The notes under the pieces were generated by a model, which saw nothing but the letters and a program-made list of their open reading frames with translations, was not told the DNA's origin and ran no database searches. From the NCBI RefSeq assembly GCF_016903815.1, contig NZ_CP069973.1: DNA of 64,000 bases. One strand, given 5' to 3'. The stretch comes from Escherichia coli (lineage in GTDB: Bacteria; Pseudomonadota; Gammaproteobacteria; Enterobacterales; Enterobacteriaceae). The position numbers and the translations under genes are program-made. Below, piece by piece: positions 11,946-27,871 of the stretch. The first letter of the stretch is position 1. Each line of letters starts with the position of its first letter.

Positions 11946-12958
11946 TAGTACAGATACTCCTGCACCAGTTTCTCGGCGATTTTTACTGCCATCAGCGCGC
12001 CGCCAAAGCGAACGTTATCGGCCACCGACCAGAACTGAACTTGCTCCGGCATACCGTAGTCATTACGTACGCAGCCAACGGAAAGATGCGGCGTACCAGA
12101 AGCATCCCCCACCTGAGTCGGGAATTCGTTCTCTTCAGAGAGCACAATATCTTCGCCCTGAGCAAACGCATCACGCGCTTCTTCTGCCGCCAGCGGACGC
12201 AGAGCTTCAAAGTTGACCATCTGGGCATGACCGTAGAATACCGGTGCCTGGACGACGCTTGCCGAAATCATCAGCCCTTCGTCCTGCAGGATTTTGCGTA
12301 CTTCGTCAACGATACGACGTTCTTCACGCACGCTACCTTCGCTATCCGGCAGTAACGGCAGCATGTTGAACGCCAGCTGACGCCCGAAGAAATCTTCTTC
12401 ATCAATCGGAATGCCGTTGAGCAATTTAGCACTCTGCCCCGCTAACGCATCGACCGCTTTTTTGCCCTGGGCGGAGGCTGAAATCAGGCTGGTAACGCTG
12501 ATACGCGACAAACCGCCCTGATCGATTAACGGTTTCAGTGCCGCCAGCAGCTGACTGGTCAGACTGTCTGGTACGGCGATGACATTCCGGTTGCGGTAAT
12601 CGGTCAGTACAAACGGGTTTACTTCCGGCACCACCAGCGGTACGTCGGGTTCGAGAGCAAACAATCCGCTGCTGTCGATCACCAGGCAACCTGAGTTGGT
12701 CGCTTCTTCAACCCAGGCAGCGGTAGCTTCTTTGCCTGCGACAAAAAACGCCAGCTGCGCCTGCGTCCAGTCGAATTCAGCGGCATCCTGCACGGTGATT
12801 GTCTTACCACCAAAGCGCAGTTGTTCGCCTGCGCTTTCGTTACGTGCCAGTGCATAAATTTCCCCAACCGGGAACTGACGTTCAGCCAGCGTTTCAAGCA
12901 GGGCTTCGCCCACAGCGCCAGTTGCGCCCAGGACGGCAATGTTCCAGCCTTCAGACAT
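11945..12958 (-). CDS. usg: Aspartate-semialdehyde dehydrogenase paralogue Usg
   Basis: 337-aa ORF with N-terminal Rossmann motif (VLGATGAVG), overlapping the truA start. Confidence 0.88.
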   Translation of the reverse strand: MSEGWNIAVLGATGAVGEALLETLAERQFPVGEIYALARNESAGEQLRFGGKTITVQDAAEFDWTQAQLAFFVAGKEATAAWVEEATNSGCLVIDSSGLFALEPDVPLVVPEVNPFVLTDYRNRNVIAVPDSLTSQLLAALKPLIDQGGLSRISVTSLISASAQGKKAVDALAGQSAKLLNGIPIDEEDFFGRQLAFNMLPLLPDSEGSVREERRIVDEVRKILQDEGLMISASVVQAPVFYGHAQMVNFEALRPLAAEEARDAFAQGEDIVLSEENEFPTQVGDASGTPHLSVGCVRNDYGMPEQVQFWSVADNVRFGGALMAVKIAEKLVQEYLY

Positions 12959-13023
12959 GGTGGTTTACTCCAGAAATAGCAAAGCTCCCTGCCAATATTA
13001 CAGCAGAGAGCATGAAGAAGAGA

Positions 13024-14160
13024 TTAACGTGCCGGATGATGAACGGCGTTAAAACCCAGTTTACACAGCAATGATGCCGCGCTGGCGTCATCACAAATTA
13101 CATACAGAGATGACCATTCACGGCGCTCAAGATAGTTTTTGCGCAGCTTATCGAACTCACCCGGTATTCCGGCGACTTTACGCAGCGGTGCGTCATCGCG
13201 GCGCACATCATACACCAAATGCACCAGCCTTTTCAGCGTCGGTTGATCGAGCGGGCCATGCAGCGTAATGCGGCCAAACTCTGGCGCGGGCAGCAACGTA
13301 TCCAGCGCAACGTGTTGTTCATGCCCAATAAACTTGCTATAAGCTTCAAACACTTGCGTAGTACCGCGTGCTTTACCTTCCAGGGTATAGCCTGCGATAT
13401 GCGGCGTGCCGATATCCACTTTTTTCAGCAATTCCACGTTGAGTTCCGGTTCGCCTTCCCAGACATCCAGCACTACGCTTAACTTCTGGCCTTCGTTCAG
13501 ACAGGTCAATAGGGCAGTATTATCGACGACTGCGCCACGGCAGGCGTTAATCAGAATCGCTCCGGGCTTCAGGCTACGGATCAGTTTTTCATCCGCCAGA
13601 TGTAGCGTTTTGTACGGACCATCTTTAAAGAGTGGCGTATGGAAAGTCAGAATATCCGCATGCTGAACTAATTCATCCAGCGAGCGGAAATCACCCTCAT
13701 CCCCACGGTCGGCGCGAGGCGGATCGCAAAGTAAGGTTTTAATCCCTAACGCTTCCAGTCGTGCCTGTAAACGCCGACCAACGTTACCAACGCCCACGAT
13801 CCCCACGGTACGCTCGCGCAGTGAAAATCCATCGCGTTCGGCAAGCATCAGCAGGGAGGAGAAAACATATTCCACCACCGCAATCGCATTACAGCCAGGT
13901 GCCGCGGAAAAACCAATTCCCGCCTGCTTTAACCACGCTTCATCGACATGGTCGGTCCCCGCGGTGGCAGTGCCAACAAATTTAATGGGTTTTCCTGCCA
14001 GCAAAGATTCATTCACTTTCGTGACCGAACGCACCATCAGCGCATCCGCGTCTGCCAGTTGAGCGACGGGGATTGGACGCCCGGGAACCGCGGTCACCTC
14101 ACCCAAACGGCTAAATAAGTCGCGGGCATAAGGCATATTTTCATCAACAAGGATTTTCAC
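13024..14160 (-). CDS. pdxB: Erythronate-4-phosphate dehydrogenase
   Basis: 378-aa ORF with D-2-hydroxyacid dehydrogenase NAD-binding motif (GIVGVGNVG). Confidence 0.93.
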   Translation of the reverse strand: MKILVDENMPYARDLFSRLGEVTAVPGRPIPVAQLADADALMVRSVTKVNESLLAGKPIKFVGTATAGTDHVDEAWLKQAGIGFSAAPGCNAIAVVEYVFSSLLMLAERDGFSLRERTVGIVGVGNVGRRLQARLEALGIKTLLCDPPRADRGDEGDFRSLDELVQHADILTFHTPLFKDGPYKTLHLADEKLIRSLKPGAILINACRGAVVDNTALLTCLNEGQKLSVVLDVWEGEPELNVELLKKVDIGTPHIAGYTLEGKARGTTQVFEAYSKFIGHEQHVALDTLLPAPEFGRITLHGPLDQPTLKRLVHLVYDVRRDDAPLRKVAGIPGEFDKLRKNYLERREWSSLYVICDDASAASLLCKLGFNAVHHPAR

Positions 14161-14258
14161 GTTTGTGTTACCTGTATGAGACGAGAGTTAACCGGACAAG
14201 TGTGCCATAATCTCGCGGCCAGGCATACTTGCGAAGATTTCAGGTATAAGGATACGTA

Positions 14259-16432
<2,174 letters not shown>

Positions 16433-16592
16433 TTACTCCAGAATGCAGCGCAAGGCGAGGAGTCTCCCCGTCTCATCTCTCTGGTTTTCAGGGTTACGGT
16501 GCGTTGGCAGGATTTAACGCGTACGTCTTTTCAGAAGGAAATCGACAAAGCGGGAAGTTTGCCTGGAACAGGCGGCGATTGTCAATAATGTG

Positions 16593-16620
16593 AAAAAGGG
16601 AACCATCAGGTTCCCTTTTG
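16593..16620 (-). terminator. Rho-independent terminator downstream of fabB
   Basis: Hairpin aaagggaacc-atca-ggttcccttt; on the minus strand the stem is followed by a U-run. Confidence 0.7.
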
Positions 16621-16627
16621 CGTTAGT

Positions 16628-16702
16628 GTCGGATGCCGCATTGGCGCGTAATGTTGGATGCGACGCTGGCGCGTCTTATCCGACCTACTCCGGCCTACTG
16701 CG
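16628..16702. repeat. REP element
   Basis: GC-rich palindromic units (cggatgccgcattggcgcg...cttatccgacctac) in the yfcJ-fabB intergenic region. Confidence 0.65.
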
Positions 16703-16704
16703 AA

Positions 16705-17925
16705 TTAATCTTTCAGCTTGCGCATTACCAGCGTGGCGTTGGTGCCGCCGAAGCCGAAGCTGTTAGACATAACGGTGGTCAGTTCGCGATCGGTCGTTTC
16801 GGTCACGATGTTCAGACCCGCAGCCTGCTCGTCCAGCTCTTCAATGTTGATGCTCGGGGCGATAAAGCCGTGTTCCAGCATCAGCAGAGAGTAGATAGCT
16901 TCCTGTACGCCAGCAGCGCCCAGAGAGTGACCGGTCATTGCTTTGGTTGCAGAAATCGCCGGGCTCTTATCGCCGAATACTTCACGGATAGCCGCCAGCT
17001 CTTTCACGTCGCCAACCGGAGTCGAAGTACCGTGAGAGTTCAGGTAGTCGATTGGGGTATCAACACCGTGCATCGCCATCTTCATGCAGCGCACTGCGCC
17101 TTCGCCAGACGGAGCAACCATGTCTGCGCCATCAGACGTTGCGCCGTAGCCAACGATTTCAGCGTAGATATGAGCACCACGTGCCAACGCGTGTTCCAGT
17201 TCTTCGACCACCACCATACCGCCGCCGCCAGCGATAACGAAACCGTCACGGTGAGCGTCATAAGTACGGGAGGCTTTTTCCGGGGTGTCGTTGTATTTGG
17301 TAGACAGCGCACCCATCGCGTCGAATTCGCAAGCCATTTCCCAGCACAGCTCTTCGCCGCCGCCAGCAAACACGATGTCCTGTTTGCCCAGTTGGATCTG
17401 CTCTACTGCGTTACCGATACAGTGTGCGGAAGTCGCACACGCGGAGCTGATGGAGTAGTTAACGCCGTGAATCTTAAACGGCGTGGCGAGGCAGGCAGAA
17501 ACGCCGGATGCCATCGCTTTGGTGACCACATACGGGCCTACCGCTTTCAGGCCGCGCGGGCCGCGCATTGCGTCAGCGCCGAACACCTGAAAACGCGGGG
17601 AACCGCCGCCGGAACCTGCAATCAGGCCAACGCGCGGGTTATTCTGGTAAGCTTCCGGGGAGAGGCCAGCATCTGCAATTGCCTGCTCCATAGAAAGGAA
17701 TGCATAAATGGATGCGTCGCTCATAAAGCGCACAACTTTGCGGTCAATGAGGCCAGTGGTATCCAGTTTTACGTTGCCCCAGACGTGGCTACGCATGCCG
17801 GAATCCTTCAGCTCCTGAGAGAAAGTGATCCCTGAACGTCCTTCACGCAGAGATGCCAGGACTTCCTGCTGGTTATTACCGATGCTGGAAACAATGCCCA
17901 GGCCAGTAATCACTGCACGTTTCAT
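16705..17925 (-). CDS. fabB: 3-oxoacyl-ACP synthase I
   Basis: 406-aa condensing-enzyme ORF with active-site Cys context and C-terminal [10 protein letters not shown]. Confidence 0.95.
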
Positions 17926-17972
17926 TCAATACCTCTGTAAGTCGCACATAGAGTAAGTTTCGAATGCACAAT

Positions 17973-18004
17973 AGCGTACACTTGTACGCCGAACAAGTCC
18001 GATC
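17973..18004 (-). promoter_or_regulatory. fabB promoter operators (FabR palindrome and FadR site)
   Basis: Palindrome AGCGTACACTTGTACGCC (17973-17990) adjacent to GAACAAGTCCGATC (17991-18004), about 50-80 bp upstream of the fabB start; fabB is known to be regulated by FabR and FadR. Confidence 0.7.
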
Positions 18005-18017
18005 AGCCAATTAATAG

Positions 18018-20090
<2,073 letters not shown>

Positions 20091-20107
20091 TCTCCTTTGG
20101 CAGTGTT

Positions 20108-20141
20108 TGCCGGATGCGGCGTGAACGCCTTATCCGGCACA
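20108..20141. repeat. REP element
   Basis: gccggatgcggcgtgaacgccttatccggc palindrome between mnmC and yfcL. Confidence 0.7.
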
Positions 20142-20145
20142 TTAC

Positions 20146-20424
20146 TTACTGCTGTGACGCCTGCTGAAACAGGTTTTCCCACATATCGGTCACCAGCGCC
20201 TGGTCACGCGGCGACAACTCACCGGCACCAATGGCTTTTTCCAGACTCTGGCTAACGGTTGTATGTACCGCCTGGGCGGAGTGGTCATCACCACTTTCCA
20301 GTTCTGCGATGGCTAATGTCAGGTGGCCACGCAAATACCCACTGGCAAACAACTCATCATCACTGGCATGGTCAACCATACCGTCGATTAATGCCAGAAT
20401 GCGTGATTCAAACTCCGCGATCAT
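20146..20424 (-). CDS. yfcL: Small conserved protein YfcL
   Basis: 92-aa ORF in the conserved position next to epmC. Confidence 0.8.
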
Positions 20425-20457
20425 CTTCTTTCCTCATTGTAAAACGTGGCGCTGGCT

Positions 20458-21006
20458 TTAGTTGAGCGCTTCCGGCCACGGGAACTGTTCCGCCGTAAGT
20501 TCCGGCGTGTGATAATAATTTTGTAATGCTTTAATGAAGCGTGCCGGGCGTTCAGGAATGCCGTTTTCCAGATAATCCATCACCTGTGCATGTACCCGCC
20601 GTTGAAATACCACGCGGTCCGGTTCGAAATCCCCTTCCAGATTGTCGCAGCTAACATTAAACGGATATCCCGCCGCCACACAGAACAACCAGTCGAACGC
20701 CTGCGGCTTCACTTCAACATCTTCAAACTGGCTTTGCGTTTGGGCATCGCGTCCGTCCGGGCAATACCAGTAGCCGAAATCAACCAGCTCACGGCGCGCT
20801 TTCCCGGCAATACACCAGTGCGAAATCTCATGAATTGCGCTGGCATAAAAGCCATGAGCAAAGACGATTCGGTTATACGGTACTTCCGCATCAGCAGGAA
20901 GATAGATCGGTTCGTCGTCGCCTTTAATCAGACGGGTATTAAAATCATCGGCAAAGCAGCTATTAAAAATTTCAATCAACTGCTCATAGTGGTGTGTACT
21001 GTTCAT
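20458..21006 (-). CDS. epmC: EF-P beta-lysyl-lysine hydroxylase
   Basis: 182-aa ORF (formerly yfcM) in conserved synteny between yfcA and yfcL. Confidence 0.85.
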   Translation of the reverse strand: MNSTHHYEQLIEIFNSCFADDFNTRLIKGDDEPIYLPADAEVPYNRIVFAHGFYASAIHEISHWCIAGKARRELVDFGYWYCPDGRDAQTQSQFEDVEVKPQAFDWLFCVAAGYPFNVSCDNLEGDFEPDRVVFQRRVHAQVMDYLENGIPERPARFIKALQNYYHTPELTAEQFPWPEALN

Positions 21007-21815
21007 TAGTTAATCCCCAACCAGTGGAGGATCTCCTGTCCGTGGCTATCGTAAAGTAATTTGGCACTCATCACCGCTGAGACAATAACAATCATCGGGC
21101 GGATCAGCTTTTGTCCTTTGCTCAACACCAGTCGTGAACCCATGCGCGCGCCGAGGAACTGCCCCACCAGCATCACGAATCCTGTCGCCCAAATCACTTT
21201 GCCACCGAGAATAAACAGCAGTAAACCGCCGATATTTGACGTTGCGTTGAGTAATTTGGCGTGAGCCGTGGCTTTGGCGAGGTTGAATCCGCACAGCGTA
21301 ACAAAGGCCAGCGCGTAAAACGATCCCGCTGCCGGACCAAAGAAGCCGTCATAAAAACCGACGCAGCCACCGGCAATTAACGCGAAGGGTAAACCGTACA
21401 TCCGGCGCTGGCGATCTTCTTCACCCAGCTTTGGCATCAGCAAGAAATAGAGGCCGATACAAATCACCAGAATGGGCAAAATCTGCCGTAAGACATCAGC
21501 CTGAACATACTGCACCAGCAATGCGCCGCTCATTGAGCCGACAAAGGTCATGGCGATATTGAGTTTCTGATCGCTTAAACTAACCACTTTGCGGCGAATA
21601 AAGTAGATAGTGGCGGAAATAGAGCCGCCGCAGGCTTGCAGTTTATTGGTTGCCAGCGCGTTAGCGGGAGACATCCCCGCCGCCATCAATGCCGGAATAG
21701 TGAGTAACCCACCGCCACCGGCAATCGAGTCGATAAATCCCGCCAGCATGGCGACAAAAAAGAGAACTCCCAGCAACAGCGGGGAAACCATAAACAGGCT
21801 ATTAAACGTTTCCAT
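21006..21815 (-). CDS. yfcA: TauE/SafE-family membrane transporter
   Basis: 269-aa multi-TM ORF with internal duplication typical of the TSUP family. Confidence 0.85.
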   Translation of the reverse strand: METFNSLFMVSPLLLGVLFFVAMLAGFIDSIAGGGGLLTIPALMAAGMSPANALATNKLQACGGSISATIYFIRRKVVSLSDQKLNIAMTFVGSMSGALLVQYVQADVLRQILPILVICIGLYFLLMPKLGEEDRQRRMYGLPFALIAGGCVGFYDGFFGPAAGSFYALAFVTLCGFNLAKATAHAKLLNATSNIGGLLLFILGGKVIWATGFVMLVGQFLGARMGSRLVLSKGQKLIRPMIVIVSAVMSAKLLYDSHGQEILHWLGIN

Positions 21816-22639
21816 TAGATCACGTGCTCATCCAGTAGCGCCTGGCAGGAAGGCGGCAACGGAGGCGGTGTCTTCTTCTCAGGCTTTGTTGTTCCCGGTT
21901 TTGGAGGTTCAAACCAGCTTTGCAGTTCTGCCCCGCAACCATCGCCCGGTGGCGGTAAAGGTTGATCTTCACACTCCAGACTATCGGCAGGACAACGTAA
22001 TCGTACATGCATATGCGCGCGATGCTGGAACCAGGGTCGCACTTTGCGCAACCAGTCGCGATCGGTGCCCGCATCAAGGCAAAGTTGTTGTTTAATCGCC
22101 GGATTAACAAAAATGCGTGTGACGTCTTTGTCCTGGGCGGCGAGTTTGATCAAGCTGAAAATTTCCGGCTTCCACAGCGTCGGGACAACGTGTTTACCGT
22201 CGCGGGAAACTAAATCTAACGCTTGCGGGCGCAAGAGCTGCGCGGAGGTCCAGCGTGTTTTTGGCAGTTGCAGGAAGATGTCCACATCCAGTCCGGTCTG
22301 GTGGCTGGCGTGACCGCCGTTGAAACGACCACCAGCAGGCATCCCCATATCGCCAATCAGCACCGTGCCCAAGCTCAGATTGCTCACCTGGCTACTCAGA
22401 CGCTGGATAAACATCACCAGATCCGGATGTCCGAAATAGCGACGCTGATCGGTACGCATGACCTGATAATGTTCGGACTGTATCGGCAGCGTGTCAGCGC
22501 CGACGATACAACCATTAGAAAAACTGCCTATCGATTGTGCGCTACCCGGCACAGGTTGGGTTATTTTTTGCCACGGCGTCGCTGCCAGGCTGGCGCTACT
22601 GGCAAGCAGGGCCAGCAGCGCAATCGCGGTTTTGTTCAT
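21815..22639 (-). CDS. mepA: Murein DD-endopeptidase MepA
   Basis: 274-aa ORF with signal peptide, upstream of aroC. Confidence 0.9.
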   Translation of the reverse strand: MNKTAIALLALLASSASLAATPWQKITQPVPGSAQSIGSFSNGCIVGADTLPIQSEHYQVMRTDQRRYFGHPDLVMFIQRLSSQVSNLSLGTVLIGDMGMPAGGRFNGGHASHQTGLDVDIFLQLPKTRWTSAQLLRPQALDLVSRDGKHVVPTLWKPEIFSLIKLAAQDKDVTRIFVNPAIKQQLCLDAGTDRDWLRKVRPWFQHRAHMHVRLRCPADSLECEDQPLPPPGDGCGAELQSWFEPPKPGTTKPEKKTPPPLPPSCQALLDEHVI

Positions 22640-22642
22640 TTT

Positions 22643-23728
22643 TTACCAGCGTGGAATATCAGTCTTCACATCGGCATTTTGCGCCCGTTGCCGTAACAGG
22701 TGATCCATCAAAACGATCGCCAGCATCGCTTCTGCGATCGGCACCGCACGGATCCCAACACAAGGATCGTGACGGCCTTTGGTGATCATCTCAACTTCTT
22801 CGCCAAAGCGGTTAATGGTACGCCCTGGCACGGTAATGCTGGAGGTTGGCTTCAGCGCCATATGGGCAATGATTTGCTGCCCGCTGCTGATGCCGCCAAG
22901 AATGCCGCCTGCATGGTTGCTCTGGAAACCGTCTTTAGTGATTTCGTCGCGGTTCTGGCTGCCACGCAGCGCCACCACGTCAAAACCATCACCAATTTCT
23001 ACGCCTTTCACCGCATTGATGCTCATCAGCGCATGGGCGATGTCGGCATCCAGGCGGTCAAAGACCGGCTCGCCAAGTCCGGCGGGGACGCCACTGGCAA
23101 CAACGGTGACTTTCGCGCCGATGGAGTCGCCCTCTTTTTTCAGCGCGCGCATCAGTTCATCTAACGCGTCGATTTTGTCCGGGTCCGGGCAGAAAAACGG
23201 ATTTTGCTCGACCTGCGACCAGTCTTTGATTTCCAGCGGAATGTCACCCATCTGGGTCAGGCAGCCGCGAATCTCAATGCCAAATTTCTCGGCGAGATAT
23301 TTTTTTGCAATCGCCCCTGCCGCCACGCGCATGGCGGTTTCACGAGCGGAAGAGCGCCCGCCGCCGCGATAATCGCGCAGACCGTATTTTTGTTCGTAGG
23401 TGTAATCGGCATGGCCTGGACGGAAAACGTCTTTAATGGCGCTGTAATCCTGAGAACGCTGGTCGGTATTTTCGATCAACAAGCCAATGCTGGTGCCGGT
23501 AGTAACGCCTTCAAAAACACCGGAGAGAATTTTGACCTGATCCGGCTCACGACGCTGGGTGGTGTAGCGCGATGTCCCAGGGCGACGACGATCAAGGTCA
23601 TGTTGCAGGTCCGCTTCCGTCAGCGGAATGCCTGGCGGAACACCATCGACGATGCAGCCGAGCGCCAGCCCGTGCGATTCGCCGAAGGTGGTTACGCGAA
23701 AGAGTTGTCCAATTGTGTTTCCAGCCAT
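22643..23728 (-). CDS. aroC: Chorismate synthase
   Basis: Starts [20 protein letters not shown] (second ATG of the track ORF); chorismate synthase signature. Confidence 0.95.
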   Translation of the reverse strand: MAGNTIGQLFRVTTFGESHGLALGCIVDGVPPGIPLTEADLQHDLDRRRPGTSRYTTQRREPDQVKILSGVFEGVTTGTSIGLLIENTDQRSQDYSAIKDVFRPGHADYTYEQKYGLRDYRGGGRSSARETAMRVAAGAIAKKYLAEKFGIEIRGCLTQMGDIPLEIKDWSQVEQNPFFCPDPDKIDALDELMRALKKEGDSIGAKVTVVASGVPAGLGEPVFDRLDADIAHALMSINAVKGVEIGDGFDVVALRGSQNRDEITKDGFQSNHAGGILGGISSGQQIIAHMALKPTSSITVPGRTINRFGEEVEMITKGRHDPCVGIRAVPIAEAMLAIVLMDHLLRQRAQNADVKTDIPRW

Positions 23729-23762
23729 CACGGCTCCGTTATTGTTGTGTTTGCGTGTTTAC

Positions 23763-24695
23763 TTAATCTTTATAAATCGCGAAATGTTCACGGGCCGCCA
23801 GCAGCTGCTCTTTGGTGAGCATAAACACACCATCGCCGCCGTTATCAAACTCCAGCCAGGTGAACGGAACATCCGGATATTGTTCCATAAGATGTACCAT
23901 GCTGTTGCCCACTTCACAAATCAGCACGCCATCATCAGCGAGGTAATCTGCCGCGTTTCCGAGAATGCGACGCGTCAGTTTCAGGCCGTCGGTGCCAGAT
24001 GCTAGGCCCAGTTCCGGCTCGTGACGGTATTCGTTTGGCAGGTCGGACATATCTTCCGCATCGACATACGGCGGGTTAGTGACAATCAGGTCGTACTGCA
24101 CTTTCGGTAAATCACGGAACAGATCAGAGCGAATCGGAATGACGTTGTGGATCAGACCGTGTTCTTCGATGTTCTGTTCAGCAACCGCCAGCGCGTCGGG
24201 AGAGATATCCACCGCGTCAACTTCCGCATCCGGGAAGGCATAAGCACAGGCAATGGCGATGCAGCCGCTACCGGTACACATATCTAAAATATGCTGCGGT
24301 TGCTTGCTGATAAGTCCGGCAAATTTATTGTTGATCAATTCACCAATCGGCGAGCGCGGCACCAGCACACGTTCATCGACGTAAAATTCATGACCGCAGA
24401 ACCACGCTTTGTTAGTCAGGTAAGCCACCGGAATGCGTTCATTGACGCGGCGGATCACGCGCTCAACAATACGGTGTTTTTCGCTGGAGGTCAGACGCGC
24501 GGTGCGCATATCTTCCGGGATATCCAGCGGCAGGTAGAGTGAAGGCAACACCAGTTGCACGGCTTCATCCCACGGGTTGTCAGTGCCGTGGCCGTACCAG
24601 ATATTCGCCGCGCTGAAGCGGCTCACCGACCAGCGCAACATGTCCTGAATGGTTTGCAGCTCATTTACTGCTTCATCAACGAAAATTTTATCCAC
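23763..24695 (-). CDS. prmB: Ribosomal protein uL3 glutamine methyltransferase
   Basis: SAM-methyltransferase motif ([12 protein letters not shown]) and NPPY; GTG start at 24693-24695 ([10 protein letters not shown]) verified in sequence, the track ORF being a 5' over-extension. Confidence 0.9.
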   Translation of the reverse strand: MDKIFVDEAVNELQTIQDMLRWSVSRFSAANIWYGHGTDNPWDEAVQLVLPSLYLPLDIPEDMRTARLTSSEKHRIVERVIRRVNERIPVAYLTNKAWFCGHEFYVDERVLVPRSPIGELINNKFAGLISKQPQHILDMCTGSGCIAIACAYAFPDAEVDAVDISPDALAVAEQNIEEHGLIHNVIPIRSDLFRDLPKVQYDLIVTNPPYVDAEDMSDLPNEYRHEPELGLASGTDGLKLTRRILGNAADYLADDGVLICEVGNSMVHLMEQYPDVPFTWLEFDNGGDGVFMLTKEQLLAAREHFAIYKD

Positions 24696-24860
24696 GTATT
24701 CCTCCAGGGCATGATCGCAATAATTTCGGCGGCTAGTTTGCCATGAAGATGACGATAAATCAGCATTCACGCGCGGTGAGTGAGGAAAAATACGTTTAAA
24801 ACGATCGATTGCGCTACGAGTCGGGTAAACTGTAGGAAAATTAGAAATAGAGACAGATAA

Positions 24861-25412
24861 ATGAAAAAGAAAACAACACTTAGCGAGGAGGACCAGGCTC
24901 TGTTTCGCCAGTTGATGGCGGGGACTCGCAAGATTAAGCAGGACACGATTGTCCACCGACCGCAGCGTAAGAAAATCAGCGAAGTGCCGGTGAAACGGTT
25001 GATTCAGGAGCAGGCCGATGCCAGCCATTATTTTTCCGATGAATTTCAGCCGTTATTGAATACCGAAGGTCCGGTGAAATATGTTCGCCCGGATGTAAGC
25101 CATTTTGAGGCGAAGAAGTTACGCCGTGGCGATTATTCACCGGAGCTGTTTTTGGATTTGCACGGTTTGACGCAGCTGCAAGCCAAGCAGGAGTTAGGCG
25201 CATTGATTGCCGCCTGTCGCCGCGAACATGTGTTTTGTGCCTGCGTGATGCATGGTCATGGGAAGCATATTTTGAAGCAGCAAACGCCGCTGTGGCTGGC
25301 GCAACATCCGCATGTGATGGCATTTCACCAGGCACCAAAAGAGTACGGTGGTGATGCGGCATTGCTGGTGTTGATTGAAGTGGATGAGTGGTTGCCGCCG
25401 GAATTACCGTGA
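24861..25412 (+). CDS. smrB: Smr-domain ribosome rescue endonuclease
   Basis: 183-aa ORF with C-terminal Smr domain (LDLHGLT...), divergent from prmB. Confidence 0.88.
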
Positions 25413-25413
25413 A

Positions 25414-25468
25414 TGCTGGCATCGAATGCCTGATAAGACGCTTCAGCGTCGCATCAGGCATCAGTGCA
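25414..25468. repeat. REP element
   Basis: gcctgataagacgcttcagcgtcgcatcaggc palindrome between smrB and yfcO. Confidence 0.65.
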
Positions 25469-25481
25469 CAACGACGAGCTA

Positions 25482-26360
25482 CTACAGCATATTCAGTACG
25501 TACTGGAATCGACAGGTAGAATCAATAGGTTGCCGCGAGGTGGTATCCACGCGAAGCACCATATCATGAAGCTCTTTGTCGGTAATGGGGTGACGATTTG
25601 GTGTTACCGTCACTTTGGCATTGTCACAGCCCGATGAGGTGAAGGTGAGCATCTGCGACACCCAACGACAATAAGCACCACGATCGTCAGTATCACCAAA
25701 TTTGCTGCCGTCACACAGTTTGCCGTCTTTCATCAGGTAGGTGGAGAGCGTTTTTTCAATTATCCCGCCGGTAGACTGGAGCGCTAACGTCTTATCATGC
25801 ACAACCCGACTTTCATTCCAGGAGACATCATAAGGCCCTAACGGTATAGGTGGACAAGAAGAGTTACTGACTGTGCGTCCGGAATAGGTTCCCGGAGCAG
25901 GATCAATAAGATCAATGCTATCTGCATGTGTCGATACCAGCCACGGGCAGCCATGAACGCTGGAGTCTTCCTTCCAGACTTCCATTCGTATTTCATAACA
26001 AGTCCACATCGTCCTTTGCGCACGGCTGTCATACTCTGCAAGCCCCGGACAAGATGATTGTGATATCGCTGTCATCGATATGACTTTTAATGATGGTGCA
26101 GGGCCAGGTCCCGTCCAGCTTTTCAAAGGTATCCATCCAGTGATTAAACCGGTGTTATTTGGTGTCTCATAAACACCGTGATTGACGCTATCGGGGGTAA
26201 GAACATCAAGATAATAAGTTATCTTCGTAGAATAGCTTGCATACCCTATCGGTGTATACATTGTTGCAACAATGACATTCGCCTGAACTGCTGTACTGAA
26301 GAAAAGTGATATCAGCAGGCCCAAAATCCAGCGCATTATTTTCATCTTAAATATACTCAA
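25482..26360 (-). CDS. yfcO: Fimbrial operon-associated secreted protein YfcO
   Basis: 292-aa signal-peptide ORF at the distal end of the yfc fimbrial operon; exact start uncertain. Confidence 0.75.
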   Translation of the reverse strand: MSIFKMKIMRWILGLLISLFFSTAVQANVIVATMYTPIGYASYSTKITYYLDVLTPDSVNHGVYETPNNTGLITGWIPLKSWTGPGPAPSLKVISMTAISQSSCPGLAEYDSRAQRTMWTCYEIRMEVWKEDSSVHGCPWLVSTHADSIDLIDPAPGTYSGRTVSNSSCPPIPLGPYDVSWNESRVVHDKTLALQSTGGIIEKTLSTYLMKDGKLCDGSKFGDTDDRGAYCRWVSQMLTFTSSGCDNAKVTVTPNRHPITDKELHDMVLRVDTTSRQPIDSTCRFQYVLNML

Positions 26361-26892
26361 ACGTTGCGGTTAACTGGGCGGTAAAATTACCAGGTGTTAC
26401 ATCACGCCCCTCTTTTGCCTGTAACCATGCTCTGAAATTAAGACTGTTATTGCCATCATTCAGCACAAAGGTCACTCCCGTCGTGTTATTAATAGCAACA
26501 GCAGTACCATCAGTAGTTTCCATACCAATGCCTACGCCCTGTGCACCAGAGGTATCATCCAGAGCCAGAAATCCCGGTTGCCCACTGTCTTCTGTTCCGG
26601 TCAGAGTAACTTTTACGCTGTACTGCGCTGGCCCACGGCAATCTTTCAGGCGAAAAACCACCGGTACACGATCGGACTGACCGCGCACCATCAAATCTTT
26701 GTGGCTAATATTCGCAAACTGTACCTCTGCCAACGTTCCAGCCTGTTCCACCGGAGTACAGGTTTTGCTCATCAGGTTGCCGTAAAAATGCAAATTATTA
26801 GCTGCCAGTGCTGAATGACTCGCCAGCACCAGCACACCGCCCAACAGAAAGGTTTGCACCCTGATACATTGATATTTCTTCAGTTTGTTCAT
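26347..26892 (-). CDS. yfcP: Fimbrial subunit-like protein
   Basis: 181-aa signal-peptide ORF with fimbrial subunit C-terminal beta-strand (ATFEYI). Confidence 0.8.
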   Translation of the reverse strand: MNKLKKYQCIRVQTFLLGGVLVLASHSALAANNLHFYGNLMSKTCTPVEQAGTLAEVQFANISHKDLMVRGQSDRVPVVFRLKDCRGPAQYSVKVTLTGTEDSGQPGFLALDDTSGAQGVGIGMETTDGTAVAINNTTGVTFVLNDGNNSLNFRAWLQAKEGRDVTPGNFTAQLTATFEYI

Positions 26893-27368
26893 TGATAATC
26901 CACCTGCAATGTGGCGTAAGCGGAAAAGTTACCGTCAGTCAGCGTGGCATCGGAAGCTTTTACAGGTGCGGCCTTCAACTTCGGCAGGTTGGCGGGTGTC
27001 ACGTTAAGCGGGGTATTCAGCTTAAAGGGCTGACCGTTTTGCTGGAGTTCAATCCCTAATCCCGTGACATCCGTCTGAATCGCCGCATCGTTATAGTTGG
27101 TCTGTGTACCGGTCCAGGTTAGCGTCATTACCCAGGCGTCATCGGTAATATCAGGGTCACACGTTATCTGGTACGGAACATCTTTGCGGTAATTAACCCC
27201 GTCAATATTGTCGATAATGACGTCGATAAACTGGATCTCAATATCATCACCATTGCTGACGGTGCAGACCGGAGGTTCGATCAGCGTACCCGTGAAGGTG
27301 ATATCTTCCGGTGCGGCATGCGTTATGGTGCAAAAAGCGGATAATAAAATTAACGAGAGTCGTTTCAT
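26889..27368 (-). CDS. yfcQ: Fimbrial minor subunit-like protein
   Basis: 159-aa signal-peptide ORF ending ...LQVDYQ, paralogous to yfcR. Confidence 0.8.
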   Translation of the reverse strand: MKRLSLILLSAFCTITHAAPEDITFTGTLIEPPVCTVSNGDDIEIQFIDVIIDNIDGVNYRKDVPYQITCDPDITDDAWVMTLTWTGTQTNYNDAAIQTDVTGLGIELQQNGQPFKLNTPLNVTPANLPKLKAAPVKASDATLTDGNFSAYATLQVDYQ

Positions 27369-27856
27369 TGGTAATCCACCACCATTGTCATGCTGGCGTT
27401 AAACTGTGCGCCTGTCAGCGTCACGCCATTCTGTTTGACTGGCACTGCTTTTAGTTGTGGCTGGCTACTGACGCTAAATGGAGTCCAGGTATTGTCGCCA
27501 ATCGCAAACAGAGAGTTATCTGCTGCATTTTCAATACGAATGCCAAACCCGGTAATTCCCGTGCTTAACACCGTTTCGCCATTGATCGTGGTGGTTGTGC
27601 CCTTAAACTGCATCTGAAGGTCATCGCTCAGGCTATTGGCACAGTTCAGGGTATAACCTGCATCTTTGCGATATTCAGTACCATTGATTTTTTTGATGAT
27701 CACATCACCAAAATCGACGTTACTGCCTTTTACGGTACAAGGAGGTGGTGGGTCTACCAGTACGCGCAATGTCAATGGCACACTTTTCGTTTCACCGGCA
27801 AGAGCACTGCCCGTAAGCAGCACTCCTCCCAGCCCGGCCAAAAGTAGTCGTTTCAT
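27365..27856 (-). CDS. yfcR: Fimbrial minor subunit-like protein
   Basis: 163-aa signal-peptide ORF ending ...MVVDYQ. Confidence 0.8.
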   Translation of the reverse strand: MKRLLLAGLGGVLLTGSALAGETKSVPLTLRVLVDPPPPCTVKGSNVDFGDVIIKKINGTEYRKDAGYTLNCANSLSDDLQMQFKGTTTTINGETVLSTGITGFGIRIENAADNSLFAIGDNTWTPFSVSSQPQLKAVPVKQNGVTLTGAQFNASMTMVVDYQ

Positions 27857-27871
27857 CTCACACTCCCGGCC

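Noticed and set aside
16633-17835. 400-aa plus-strand ORF
   Set aside because: Lies entirely antisense within fabB, a high-GC gene; Arg/Ala/His-rich composition typical of an antisense artefact
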